In this document: piece by piece, positions 18,030-36,099 of the stretch | Layout of the letters: each line of letters opens with the position of its first letter | How positions within the stretch are numbered: the first letter of the stretch is position 1 | Assembly: GCA_964016885.1 (NCBI GenBank) | Contig: OZ024743.1 | Location: forward strand, 268,956,001 to 269,020,000 | Direction of reading: 5' to 3' | DNA: 64,000 nt | Origin: Eledone cirrhosa | Lineage: Eukaryota | Translations under genes and position numbers: made by a program | The notes under the pieces: model-generated | Databases searched by the model: none | Told to the model about the DNA's origin: nothing | Seen by the model: only the letters and a program-made list of their open reading frames with translations

Positions 18030-19850
18030 AGTCTTCTCAGTTCATTTTTTTTTTTATGGTTCTGCCTTAAGTGGCACTTTAATCCAGCTGCTGGTTTACA
18101 CATCAATCTACATTTTGTGCAGATGGCAGAATTTTGAGTGGAGCAGGATACAAGGTTTGATCGAATCTTAGATCTTAAATCACGAAGATGGACCAGATAA
18201 GTATTTTTCATATTTCTATATACCGTATTTCCCGGCGTCGAAGACGCTACTTTTTTCCTAAAATAAGTCTCAAAAATCTACCATGCGTCCTGGCGGCCGA
18301 AGGTTTATTATTTTTTTTCTTCAAATTTTTGGTTATCAAAATTAGGGTGCGTCCTCTATTTTCTACGGACTGCATCTAGGGCATCAATAGGAGTGGGAGG
18401 TATGTTCACAGATTTAAGATTTGTACTTCAGTTTGTCTTTATATCAGAGTAATGGTCTGCTTACATTACTGGCACCATTATGAAGTTGACTGTATAACAG
18501 TACCTTGGATGTACATTCTTCAGTCATCCGTAGGACATGATCAGCCCATCTAAATCGGGATTGCATCAGAAATAACTCAATCCCACCGATGTTGTACCTC
18601 GCGAACAGATCGGTATTGGATACTCTGTCAGAAAGGACATAACCACAAATAGAGCGATGAACATTTTTGGAAGACATCAAGCTTGTAAATGTGAATGCGA
18701 TCAAGTGTCCATGACTCCGAGCCATATAATCGTGTTGTTAGTACCACTGCACGATAAACTGCAATTTCCGTTTTCAGGGATACACCTCTAACACCCGATA
18801 GACGATGATGTGGTTTGCCAAAGCCGTAAGCTGCTTAGGAGATGTGATTGACGATTTCATCATCCAGGGATGCAGAGGAGTTCACCTTGCTGTCAAGGTA
18901 AGTAAAAGAGTTCATATACATCAGGTCCTTGCCATCAACAATACTGGGAACATAGGGATGCCCATGCCCTGGCTATCCCTGCTTAACATCTTCTACTTGT
19001 CTGGGGAATGGGGTTGGCTTGTGTTAATGTACCATCTCAGTTTTCCTAATACTAATTGTTACAAGCAAGCGAGAAGCGGTTCATCAATTCTTGTGCCTCT
19101 TCGAGGGATATTACAAGTGCAGCATCATCTGGAAACAGTGAACCACGAATAACACTTGTGTAAGTATTTTAGAATTTAAGGGCTGCTGGCTGAATATCCC
19201 ACCTGATGTATCGAATTCAAACCTGACACCAGTGTCTAAGTCACCAAATGTTAACTGTAGCATTAAAGAGAAGAACTAAGCAAAGAGAACAGGAGCCATG
19301 ACAAAATCCTGCTTCGTACCGTTTGTGACACTAGAATTGAGGACCTTTTCAACGTGTTCCTTCCACCGAGAGAGTATCTCAGCTTTGTCTGTGTATAAGA
19401 TTCATCAGAGGATAGAACTGGATTTGACACGCTCACCCTCAGTCCGTACACCACCTTCATAAAGGCCCTTGAGTTCTTTTTATCAATAGCTTCTGGTAAT
19501 TCAGCTGCTTTATTTGTCCACCGGGTATCCTTCATCTTTCTAAGTGAAGGCTGTGCCTGCTACTTACAGTCTTTATAGGCTTTCTTTTTAGTTGTTGAGT
19601 TTTTATCTCCAACCCAAAGTCTGTGAACACTGTGCATCTCGTTGATAAGGTTCAAGACATCTGACTTGTTTTCATCAAACCAGTTCTAGTGTTTTCTCAT
19701 AGGAAAGCCTAAGATTTCTAGGGAGGTTTTCCAGGGAAGCTTCAAAGTTGTCAGAAATCTGGACAGAGTCGAGGCATGAATCAAGTTTTGCAAAAGGTTA
19801 CAGTCTCCTATCAGTGGATCTCAGTGGTGTTGTTTGCTACATCCAGAGAA
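18030..19850 (-). mobile_element. Degenerate RTE-clade LINE
   Basis: DRVSNTDLFARYNIGGIELFLMQSRFRWADHVLRM...KVLLYSQL; C-terminal CTKC...GLKCHLR finger; upstream WTNKAAEL...YG. Confidence 0.8.
18221..18380. mobile_element. Tc2/pogo-type MITE remnant inserted in the RTE
   Basis: TA-CCGTATTTCCCGGCGTCGAAGACGC...AAATTAGGGTGCGTC pattern typical of Tc2/pogo ends. Confidence 0.5.
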
Positions 19851-19979
19851 AAGGTTAGGATAAAATCACTGGCACCTTTGGACAATGGTGTTTTATATAT
19901 ATAAAAGTATTAAAAGAAACTTAATCTTCTTTCATCAAAAAATAGTTTTTAATCCCTTACAAATGCTTCAGGTGAACTG

Positions 19980-22423
<2,444 letters not shown>

Positions 22424-22860
22424 AATAGTGAAAACAATGAAATTAAACAAAAAACAGTTAATTCATAGTAAAACTCATTATTTTACGATCTTTTCTGGGG
22501 GTGGTTCCCCGTATGTCCATTCTATTATTGATCTATGTAAAATATATTACAAATTATCATAGTAAGAAAATATACATACGTCTTCTCTACCCGCCGTCAT
22601 ATATATTTTAACATAAAAACAGGTAGAATTCCCAAAACTAATCAGATCAGAGCAAACAGCACGGACACTCTATCTCAAAATTATTTTTGAAAAGCATTTA
22701 GAAATGCGCAACCGGTAAAAACTTAAAAACTTAAAACCACAACTGAATACTAACCCATACAATCACTAATACTCTTTTATTCCTAATTAAACCATTTTTC
22801 AACTGTGAACAATTTGTCAGCATTTTCTATTCCGTTTACCAATATATATATATATATATA

Positions 22861-22969
<109 letters not shown>

Positions 22970-23480
22970 GTATATATATATATATATATATATGAGAGTA
23001 TTGAAGTTTGCTTGAAGCAAACAGGCAGAGAATGGACTGACAGCTAGCGCCACTCACTCCCACAATTGAAAGAACTACTTCGGCCGCTGACCTCTGCCTG
23101 ACCGACCCCATTTCACGCGCACGGGCGCTCTGCTGAATACCTCAGATATTCAAAACAACGAACAGCGGAGGACACGTTTCACACCTGTCCAACAGAAAAA
23201 CTCCCCCCCCCCTCCCCCCGAAAAAAAACCCAGTTGATGAATGTGAATCCGAAATATATAGGAACAATTAAATCTCTCCCAAGGTAACTCTTTCTCGTGT
23301 TGTTATTTTTATTTTTATCCTTTACGCTCTTTGCTTCATTCCTCTACACGTTACAGTCTTATACACGCCACGCATCTCAACGTACACCCACTTACATCTC
23401 TCTCTCCACCACCGGATCTTGTTACCCGGAGATTTACCCATCGGCATTGTCGAGGCTTCCAAACGACTTAAAGAAATTTA

Positions 23481-23534
<54 letters not shown>

Positions 23535-23538
<4 letters not shown>

Positions 23539-23704
23539 ATCTATGACCCCGACGGCAGAGCTCAAGCCGTTTCGACAGCTATTTCTGGAAATAGCCGTCG
23601 AAACGGCTTGAGCGCTGCCGTCGGGGGTCATACTTTTTACTATTTCTCACTCTACTACTCTAAGTATTGCGTACTCTGGTGCGTTATGGTCCATCTGGTT
23701 CCTT
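23535..23704 (+). mobile_element. Family B fold-back mini-element
   Basis: GCTATTTC tg GAAATAGC centre; (TA)n flanks. Confidence 0.8.
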
Positions 23705-23762
23705 ATATATATATATATATACATATATATATACACACACACATATATATATATATACATAC

Positions 23763-23793
<31 letters not shown>

Positions 23794-23807
23794 ATATATA
23801 TACATAC

Positions 23808-23847
<40 letters not shown>

Positions 23848-23950
23848 TTACATATATATATATACATATATGTGTGTATATATATATATGTATATATATA
23901 TATGTAAATATATATATATGTATATATATATATATGTATATATATATATG

Positions 23951-23995
<45 letters not shown>

Positions 23996-24030
23996 GTATA
24001 TATATATATATGTATATAGATATATATATG

Positions 24031-24063
<33 letters not shown>

Positions 24064-24134
24064 GTATATATATGTATATATATGTATATATATGTATATA
24101 TATATGTATATATATATATATATGTATATATATG

Positions 24135-24211
<77 letters not shown>

Positions 24212-24222
24212 ATGAAATATAT

Positions 24223-24585
24223 GAAATATAAGAATCAAAGAACTGTTCTATATACTATATATGTATATATATATTTAGCGGCTGTGTCACTTTAGTCATG
24301 CTAGCTTTTATGTTAAAATAGACAACAGCAAAATGTGGGTATGGTGTGGTGTGCGGTGGCTGGAAGCTGGGGAGTGCTCGACCGGAAGATTGCTTGACCG
24401 GAAGGGTGCTTGGCCGGAAGGGTGCTCGACAGGAAGGGCCAGCAGGTCGGCCTCTCTCTAGTGGTGATCAGGAACGTCGTGGACGCCAGTTTGGCAGCTC
24501 CCGGTGTTAAAGAGTTGGACGCACGTGGGAGAGGAGAAACCATCCATGGGATTTTAGCGGCGCCTATGATAAGCGGTGAGTGACA
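24223..24585 (-). mobile_element. Possible solo LTR in (TA)n
   Basis: Minus strand begins TGTCACT and ends TATTTCA; GC-rich body with four ~16-bp repeats GTGCTYGRCMGGAAGR (24374-24437). Confidence 0.4.
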
Positions 24586-24587
24586 TG

Positions 24588-24633
<46 letters not shown>

Positions 24634-24648
24634 CATATATATATATAC

Positions 24649-24705
<57 letters not shown>

Positions 24706-24853
24706 CATATGTATACATATATATATACATATACATATATATATATATATACATATATATATACATATATATATATATACATATATATATACACACATAT
24801 ATATATATACATATATATATATATACATATATATATACATATATATACACACA

Positions 24854-24885
<32 letters not shown>

Positions 24886-24938
24886 CATACATATATATAT
24901 ACATATATATATATATATACATACACACACACACACAT

Positions 24939-24993
<55 letters not shown>

Positions 24994-25000
24994 CACACAC

Positions 25001-25089
<89 letters not shown>

Positions 25090-26075
25090 GGCGCATGGCT
25101 TAGTGGTTAGAGCATTGGGCTTGCAATCGAAAGGTTGTGAGTTCAATTCTCGGACCGGGTGAGGCGATAATGTCAGTAATGAAGTCGATGACTGGGGCAG
25201 GGACTGGGGTGTTGAGGGGAACAATAAAACGGAGTTACATGGAGCAGAGTGGCTTTTATGACGCACAACATATGAAAGATCTGTTGAAGGAGGACGCATC
25301 GTTTTTCATTTTCAGTTGGAAAGATGATTTTTACCTTGAAATATTATGATGAAATGTACTGGATAATGCGGTGGATTGGCAGTATCGGTAGAGGGTCGGA
25401 CGCAATGCTTTGACGCATAGAGTTACGTCCTTTGCCATTCTGAGTTCAAATCTCGCCGAGGATAACTTTGCCTTTCATCCTTACGGGGTCGATAAAATAA
25501 AGTAATTGCTGGCCTTGTGCCAAAAGTAGAAACAATTATTTCGTTTTATTTTATTTGTTATTCTTTACCACAATACCACCTATATCTTCCGTATCGTATC
25601 GGCATTCGGAAGTTCTTATCACTTATTTATATATCTTACAATACTGATATAGGATATATATATGATGATGATGGCTGCAGCTCGATTTCGATTAATGCCA
25701 TCGCTTGATACTTACGCATGAGCAACACAACGTGGCTTTTTGGTCCTGCTAGAGACATGCTTATGACCAGCAATACCATACATCGCAAAAAATGTCTCAT
25801 ATCAAGCGATGCCTGTGCTTGAAGCTTTTTTAACTGAAGAAAGGCTTTGCACGGGGCCAGTCCTACTCTTTTAACATCGAATGCATTTAACCAAAAAGAA
25901 GAATTGGTCCACATCATTGGATGCACACAAAGTCGCAGGTGGGGTTGCTGGTTTACTTCGCCGACGACCTGACCATGCACAGGTTGTACTGCGTTACATG
26001 TAATCAGTAGCGCTGAAGAGCCACCTGACACACACATACACACACGCGCACGTATATGTATGTATATATATATAT

Positions 26076-26193
26076 AACAAAGAAGGTGTGGTAGGATACC
26101 AGGCGGACCATAACGCACCAGAGTACTCAATACAGTTCGGATCTAGCTGTCAAAACGGCCGGTCACAGCCGTCGGGGTCCCGACTCTTTACCT
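26076..26193. mobile_element. Family B variant, collapsed (other partial B copies at 10603-10692, 56030-56130, 57944-58010)
   Basis: Tail on minus fused to GCCGTCGGGGTCC arm on plus. Confidence 0.7.
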
Positions 26194-26531
26194 ATATATG
26201 CATATATAGATCTGACTGGTTATAATTCTGTATTGGCGATCGAGTAACGCAAAATTAAGCGGATAGCGATCTCTAGACAGACCAGTTCAGTGAAACAAAT
26301 GTAAGCTATGTGATTAAAAACTTTTTTGTATAGCAAACCATGTAAACCTTCTTTCCTGATTTATTATTACTCCAAGTGTTTACAACATAGGAATTACAGC
26401 ATACCCGCAGCATCACTATGAAAACGCCTTGTTGAGTCAAACCAAGCCAAGCGTTAATATCATCCACTGCCTGGAATACCATAACTGGACTTCACCTAAG
26501 TGGACTGCATTTAACTATTATTTGTTAATCC

Positions 26532-26580
<49 letters not shown>

Positions 26581-26585
<5 letters not shown>

Positions 26586-26814
26586 CAGAATTAGCCGTTG
26601 AAACCGCTTGAGCTCAGCCGTCTTGTCCTACTCGTTCCTTTATATATATATATATATTATATATATATATAGTCCAGAATTAGCCGTCGAAACGGCTTGA
26701 GCTCAGCCGTCGGGGTCCTACTCGTTCCTTTATATATATATATATTATATATATATATAGTCCAGAATTAGCCGTCGAAACGGCTTGAGCTCAGCCGTCG
26801 GGGTCCTACTCGTT

Positions 26815-26819
<5 letters not shown>
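26581..26819 (+). repeat. Three tandem family B short arms separated by TA spacers (~88-bp unit)
   Basis: AGTCCAGAATTAGCCGTCGAAACGGC...CTCGTTCCT x3. Confidence 0.85.
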
Positions 26820-26852
<33 letters not shown>

Positions 26853-27787
26853 CAACATGACCCTTCCAAAGTATAACAATATCGGTTTCAACACACGTTT
26901 TCAGATAAAGAATCTTGCTAAACAAATTCAGGAACGAAATATATATATATATATATATACATACATACATATAAGAGGTATGTACGCATGCCTGTGTTTA
27001 AATTTGTGTCTGTGTTTATGGTCGGTCACTTAGCCGGTCAACACACAAAAGGACGATGAAATAAGTACTGATATCTATATGATCGACAAATCCAAGTCAG
27101 TGCCCCTGCATTTTAATGACTGAAACTTGTAAAAGAATAAACGAATAAAAGAATAATTTAATTGTTCCAATATTGCCATTATTTTACTAAAACTTATAAC
27201 TAAGCATTCTCTCATAAACCTTATATGTGTTTCATTTCGCCCCAATAAAACAATTTTAACTTATGGTTCGGTAAGCTGGCGACCCTAGGTTTCTAGATTT
27301 AAACACTATTTGTTCTAAGAAAGGTACTAAGCCGGTATTTTCCACTACACTGTCAACACTCACCCACGCCAAATCATGTTACTAATCATAACACCATACA
27401 ACTCTCTCGACCAATTTGGTTATTTCCACATTGTTGCTACATAGGAAAGATGCTGAGTGATTTCTTTAATAACCGTAGTATAATTATTTAATTATACAAA
27501 TTTGTAAAAAAAAAGACAAAGACCTGATCCCTTAAGGTTCAGTAATGTACCTCTTTGAGGTCAACCCCTAGTTACCTACAGTGGTAGCCCTAGCCCTAGC
27601 TATGTATGTATGTATTTTATATGTATATGTGTGTGCACTGTTAGTATTTTGTGCGTGTGTGTAAAACTTACTAATCTATGCACGTAAATGTAGGCTTGTC
27701 ATTCTATATAGAAATATGTGCGGGTGTGTATGTGTGTCCGTGCCTGACAACAGCTTGTCTACGTCTAGTTTTGTGTCTGTGTATGTA

Positions 27788-28471
27788 GGGTGGTGGTGGT
27801 GGTGGTGGTGGTGGTGGTGGTGGTGGTGGTGGTGGCGGCGGTGGTGCTGATGGCGGTGGTGGTGCTGGTGCTGGTGGTATCGGTGGTGGTGGTGGGTGGT
27901 GGTTGTGGTGGTGGTGGTGTTGGTGGCGGTGGTGGCGGTGGTGGCGTTGGTTGTGGCGGTGGTGCTGGTGGTAGTGGTGGTGGTGGTGGGTGCTGGTGGT
28001 GCTGGTGCTGGTGGTGGTGGTGGTGGTGGTGGTGGCGGTGCTGGTGGTTGTGGTGGTGGTGCTGGTGCTGGTGCTGGTGGCGGTGGTGGTGCTGGTGCTG
28101 GTGGTAGCGGTGGTGGTGGTGGTGGTGGCGGTGCTCGTGGTCATGGTGGTGGTGCTGGTGGTTGTGGTGGTGGTGGTGGTGGTGGTGGTGGTGGTGGTGG
28201 TGGTGGTGGCGGCGGTGGTGGCGGTGGTGGTGGTGGGTGGTGGTGGTGCTGGTGGTGGTGGTGGTGGTGGTGGTGGTGGTGGTGGTGGTGTGGTGGTGTG
28301 GTGGTGGCGGTGTTGGTGGTGGTGGTGGCGGTGGTGGTGGTGCCTGTGGTGGTGGTGGTGGGTGGTGGTGGTGCTGGTGGTGGTGGTGGTGGTGGTGATG
28401 GTGATGGTGGTGGTGGTGGTGGTTGTGGTGGTGGCAGTGGTGGTGGTGGTGGTGGCGGTGGTGGTGGTGGT

Positions 28472-28503
<32 letters not shown>

Positions 28504-28594
28504 TGGTGGTGGTGGCGGTGGTGGTGGTGGTGGTGGTGGTGGTGGTGGCGGTGGTGGTGGTGGTGATGGTGGCGGTGGTGGTGGTGGTGGTGGT

Positions 28595-28626
<32 letters not shown>

Positions 28627-28706
28627 TGGTGGTGGTGGCGGTGGCGGTGGTGGTGGTGGTGGTGGTGGTGGTGGCGGTGGTGGTGGTGGTGGTGGTGGTG
28701 GTGGTG
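27788..28706. repeat. (GGT)n trinucleotide tract
   Basis: Direct observation. Confidence 0.95.
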
Positions 28707-29796
28707 TGATCGTCACAGTGTGTGTGTGATTTTGATCGTATATGTTTGTGAGTTCTTTCATGTGTGTATGTGTGTATATGTGTGTGTGTATGTGAGTGTA
28801 TGTGTGTTAGTGCGTGTGGATGTGTGTGTGTTTATGTGTGTTAGTGTGTGTTTGTGTGTGTATGTGTGTGTTTGTTAGTGTGTGTGTTTGTGTGTGTATA
28901 TATGTGTATGTGTGTGTTTGTGTGTACAACTTAAGCAGTTTCTTTATGTTCAATTGTGTGTGTGTTAGTGTGTCTGTAACTTATGTCTAGTTGTGTATGC
29001 ATGTGTGCGCGTGTGCGTGTATATGTGTGTGTTTGGGTGTTTTTGTGTGTATGCATGTGCGCGCGTGTGTGTGTGTACGTCTGTGTCTGGGTGTTTCTGT
29101 GTGTATGCATGTGTGTCTATCTGACTGGTATTCTATCTCCATATATACAAGTGTACGTGGGAAATATTACCAACATTTAGTATGTTTCTATGTCAATATG
29201 TCAATATGTGACAGTGTATGTGTGTGTGTGAGTAAGAAACAGTGAAAAAAGAAAGAGTATGTGTGTGTGCGTGTGTCTGAGTGTGCATCTGCATATGCAT
29301 ATATATGTCTATGTAAATATATGCGTGTGTTAGTGCGACAGTCTGTGTGACGAAACATATTCATACACATCAATGTGATAGTGTCTGCGTGTATGAGTAA
29401 AAAAAACTGAAAAAAAGTGTGTGTGTATGTATGTGTGTGCGTGTATGTGTCCGAGTCTGTATGTGCATGTATATGTCTGCGTATTTAAACAACCATATGT
29501 GTACAAGCAGCGCATGTATATATATATATGTGTGTGTATGTGTGTATATGAGTATGTTTGTATCGCGATTGCATGAAATGTTGACGTCTATGGGTATTTA
29601 AAAATCCAAATCTGTGTACGCATTTATATTTATGTAACAGTATATTAAAAGTTTGTGTATGTTTACGTGACAAAGTGTCTAGTTGCGTAGTATTAACTGT
29701 ATATTGAACTATATACAAATGTATTTATGTGTATACAATAAATATGCACAATACATACCATACACACAAGGAAGGATGATACCTTTATATATATAT

Positions 29797-29831
<35 letters not shown>

Positions 29832-29864
29832 CATATATACATATATACACACACACATACACAT

Positions 29865-29933
<69 letters not shown>

Positions 29934-29936
<3 letters not shown>

Positions 29937-30137
29937 CGAAGGAGATGTGGTAAGGAACCAGATGGACCATAACGCACCAGAGTACTCAATACTTAGGGTA
30001 GTAGAGTGGGTAATAGGAAAAATTAGGACCCCGACGGCAGAGCTCAATCGGTTTCGATGGCTATTTCTGGACTAAATATTTAGTCCAGAAATAGCCGTCG
30101 AAACGGCTTGAGTTCTGCCGTCGGGGTCATACTTTTT

Positions 30138-30141
<4 letters not shown>
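29934..30141 (-). mobile_element. Family B fold-back mini-element
   Basis: Perfect palindromic centre GGACTAAATATTTAGTCC. Confidence 0.82.
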
Positions 30142-30210
<69 letters not shown>

Positions 30211-30804
30211 TATATATTATATATTCCATCCTTCCTTCCTGTCTCCTACCCAGCAAGTAGTCTCGGAGGCCCCGAAAAAGGTCATGGGCACTATCATCTG
30301 ACAAAAACAGAAAAACAAAAAGCAACTATACAATGAATATGTGTATGTAGATGTAAAGAGACCAACCATGAGGGTATAATATGTATGTCGAACTATGTCG
30401 TCTGTCGCTGCTAACTTTCTAGGTCGATTAGTTATGTCTAAACTAGATCACTTGTTTGTCGGCTGTCGGCTAGCAGTTCTGTTAGTTTGAGGATATAATT
30501 GTTTCTACTTTTGGCGCAAGGCCAGCAAATACTCAGTACATTACTGGTACTTTATTTTATCGACCCCGTAAGGTTAATCAAATTCTCTTCTCTCTCATAT
30601 TATAGTTTTCAAGGACGGTTGTTAATAATGTTGTTCGCTAACAACATTATCATTATTATCACTCATTGCTGCATTATTAATAAAATAAAATATTATGATC
30701 AGAAGCTTGCTGAAAACTTATCGTTAGGTCGTCTAACTTTTTTCTTTTCATTTCCATGTTTTTACACGCACACGTGTATGTATACACGCATACTCCACAC
30801 ACAC

Positions 30805-30835
<31 letters not shown>

Positions 30836-31123
30836 TGTATGTATGTATGTATGTATGTATGTATGTATGTATGCATGTATATATGTATGTATATATGTAT
30901 GTATATATGTATACATGCGAATAGTAAACGGAAAACAACACACCAAAATTGTACAGTAGAATGAAGATATATATTAGTTTACCGCATCTATATTATAAAG
31001 GGTTTTCCAAAAAATATATACACACTGCAACAACATTCTAATAAATACTGCCTGTACAGGTTATCAAAGTGTGTATACATTTTGGGAGGACACTCTGTAT
31101 ATATATATTTACACACTAACACA

Positions 31124-31154
<31 letters not shown>

Positions 31155-31186
31155 GCACGCGCGCACACACACACACACGCACACAC

Positions 31187-31334
<148 letters not shown>

Positions 31335-32771
31335 TTGTTTGTGTTCTTCCTATATCTCTTTATCACTGTCCGGATTAAGATTGTATGCGGCCCTGATTGA
31401 AAATTTCATCGGGACCCATGCATATTATGTATGCTATCAAAAAATAAAATGGATTCGCGGCCCTTTAATCATTGTGGGGGTTTCTGTTTGCAACACAGTC
31501 ATCCTCTCCCACCCCACCATATTAACCCACCCGCCACTGGAGGGAAGTAATTGTAACGGGGGCAAAATTCCTTTAAATAAAATGTGTCCTTAGGGGAAAA
31601 TTTGGGAAGCACTATTAGGTTATGCTTAATATTCTTAAATATCGGTTGCTTTTCAAAGAATATATCTGATATGGTGCGCATATTAGTAAGATTTTTTATA
31701 GGAAACGGGCTCCTGGTTGCAATATATAATGCCTAGAAAACAAATAATTCTTTCGTAATCTCCTGAGTTTCTGCCAGGCTACAAAAACCCCAGTTCCTTT
31801 TTTATTTTTCACAAAAATAAGTAAATATATATATAAATAAATACATGAATAAATAAAAGGATATAAATATTACTCTTTGAAGGAGCCACTATCTTTGTTG
31901 ATAACGATGAGACCCCATAATAGAAGTTTTTATTTATACCCCATTTTTCCTAGTAAGTGGTGAATTGGCAGAGTAATTAGGGGCATCGGATTAGATACTT
32001 TGGTATTTGTTGCTACGCTTTGAATTCAAATCCCGCTAAGGTCAACTTTGTGTTTAATCCATTGTTGTTCGATAAATAAAATACCAGCTCATGGGTCAGT
32101 GGATTGGTAGAATGGCACAATTGTTAAAGAGTCGTACAAGATATTTTGCAGTATCTGTTCCGGCTCTGAGCGTTCTTTTGTTGGCAGTTCACTCCTTCTG
32201 CCAGAAGTTACAACTGGCAGGCAGTATCAGCAATGGAAAGACCAATAGATATATAGTTTCTTTGCTCTGATCTGAGGAACAGCTTCCTTCTTTTTTATCT
32301 AATGACTCAAATCAATGATGCAGCCAAGTTTAACTCTTAACAGCACGGAGTATCTAACAATGGGTTTGTTAAATCAAATGTTTATAATACCTTTATTAGA
32401 GAGCATATCGATGTGAAAAAGGGCAGAGAGAGAGGGGAAAAGAGAAGAGGAGTGGAGAAAGGCGGGGATGAGATCGATGGATCAAAATATTTTTGGAGAA
32501 CTGCGAAAGAAAAAAAAAATGATGGAGAAAGGATGAAGAATGTAAACTAAAGAGAAATACAGGACTATAGCGACGTGATGACCCCTTCAGCTTCCTTCTA
32601 GATCCACGGCAAGGTGTGGACCATGTATATAAAGAGCTAGCCCGACGTTTTGCTATGTACATAGCAATCAACTGTTCACAGCTACCTCTGCGCTGAGATT
32701 CCTACAGTTTTATGAAAATTTATTTACATTCATCGCTTGAAGCCTTTTCGATTAATGTTTACACACACACG

Positions 32772-32876
<105 letters not shown>

Positions 32877-32884
32877 TCACACAA

Positions 32885-32927
<43 letters not shown>

Positions 32928-32940
32928 CACACTCACACAA

Positions 32941-32984
<44 letters not shown>

Positions 32985-32992
32985 TCACACAA

Positions 32993-33029
<37 letters not shown>

Positions 33030-33193
33030 CATATACACACTCACACAAACACACACACACATATATATATATGATATTGCATTTTCTCTGAAAGATGAAA
33101 TTTAAAAAATGAAAAAAGACGTGATGCTTGTAGTGGAAACGTGTTTGATCATCAGTCTAGTGGATCACGTGTGAGCTGGGACTAAATAAAATA

Positions 33194-33580
33194 TCATCAT
33201 CATCATCAACATCATCACCAATATCACCACTACGACCAGCAACAACATCACCATCCCCACCATCACCATCACTATCACCATCATCATTATCATCATCAAC
33301 ATTATCACCGCCACCATCATCATCATGATCATCAACATCATCACCACCCACAGCAGCATCACCAGCATCACCACAACAAACAAAATCATCACTACCAACA
33401 ACACCACCACTAACAACAACAACACCATCACCACCATCATCATCATCATCATCATCATAATCCTCACACCGTCGCCGTCGCCAACATCATTATCGTCACC
33501 AATCATCTTAAACATCATCATCATGATTATAATCATTATCATCAACAGTAGCATCAGTAGCAACAACAACAACAGCACAA
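33194..33580. repeat. (CAT/CAC/CAA)n tract
   Basis: Direct observation. Confidence 0.9.
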
Positions 33581-34400
33581 CTGATGAAAACCTTAATCAA
33601 TGTCCACTATTCCAAAGTCCCTACAGTAATGTGTTATCTGTTTATACAATAGTTACCAAGCACGCACAGCATGGACAACAACACACAACTTCGATTCGTC
33701 AACAAAAAGGTAAAAACAAACAAACAAATAAATAAATAAATAAATAAAAACAGTGTTGATTCGACACGTGAGGGGAAAATATTGTTTTCTATTTGAAAAT
33801 ATAATCATCACAATACAGATAACTATAATAATAGTTGAATGAATCGGGTAAAGTACATTTAAGGACGAAAAAAAGGCACAAAGCCTGGAATTCTAGGGCC
33901 AGGGGACAGCCGATTATATTGATTATTGCTTTGTTTTATCGATCGTGGAAGGATGGAAAGTAAAGTTGATCTCGTTGGAATTAGAATTCAGAAAGTAAAG
34001 ACTTTGAAGAAATCCAGCAAAGCATTTTATCCGACGCTCTAACAACACTGCTAAACCTTGCTTTAATGAAAAAAATCAAAAAGGTTTTTTTATGAGGGTG
34101 GTGGGTCTTCGGTTGTAAACGTTTCCCTGAAAAGACTGATCGATATATCATAGTTTACACGGCCGAAGAAAAATACTTGGACCAAAGATTTTATCGATAT
34201 TATTGTAACGACATTCTAATCTTTCACACTCTGTATCATATCTCTTCAGGTTACTCTTTTGTTTTGAAAACTATGTTTGTCATTGCAAATGATGATCATC
34301 CGATGATCTGTCTACATAAAGATGAACAGACCTTCTTCAACACTTAATTTTGAATTTTTAGATTCTAATTCTTTTTTAATTCTTTTTAATTGTAATATCC

Positions 34401-34448
34401 AATATTTGATAAGATGGATAACACCGAGACATCGAAACCGGTAGTATT
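34401..34448 (+). ncRNA. Degenerate hammerhead
   Basis: AAUAU-UUGAUAA-GAUG...CAUC-GAAA-CCGG-UA-GUAUU: all three stems intact, core has two transitions from CUGAUGA. Confidence 0.55.
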
Positions 34449-34524
34449 TTATATATTTTATATACATTATAAAACACCTTTAAAAAAAAAAATTGTTCCT
34501 CTTATTTTTTCAATGTATGTATGT

Positions 34525-34617
<93 letters not shown>

Positions 34618-34989
34618 TGGATACAAACGAAAGAAAAAAGCAATAGACACATCATATGGAAGTTGAATATTTATATTAACAGTTGACTTAGCATAGTTGT
34701 ATTGCATACATATAATATAAATACTATAAATACTATGATTAGTGCGAAATAATGGATTATATATTGTTTCTACTTTTGACACAAAGCCAGCAAATACCCA
34801 GTGCATTACTGGTACTTTATTTTATCGACACCGTAAGGATGAAAGGCAATGTTAACCTCGGCGGTATTATATATTAATGTAGATTTCACAGGCCGATTAC
34901 GTAAAGCATTGAAACACGTGTAAGACTTGGTAGTATTCAATATATGATTCATTGAATATAAGCATATATGCCTTGTTTTTCTATTCACC

Positions 34990-35836
<847 letters not shown>

Positions 35837-36099
35837 ATATACACACACATATACACACATATATATCTATATCTATGGATACAGATTTCTCTCACAAATT
35901 GGTCGTTATCAACATCAATTTCATCATCGCCATCTTTAATTTCATCATTATTGTAGGATGGAACAATTTTTTTTTTATTATACAGAGTTAGGTATTGGCA
36001 TCAAAGATTACTTGTCGAAGAATTTCCCCAAAATTAATTTTTTGTAAAATATAATTTTATTTGTATAAAGAAATTTTCGCAGGCAACAAAATATTTAAT

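Noticed and set aside
25085-25165. tRNA gene
   Set aside because: Has A/B boxes but no complete acceptor stem; matches the head of the SINE at 880-1220.
27704-28761. Poly-Gly/Pro/Val ORFs
   Set aside because: (GGT)n repeat.
29156-29163. Perfect CSL/Su(H) site CGTGGGAA upstream of mam
   Set aside because: Single site 17 kb away in low-complexity DNA; expected by chance.
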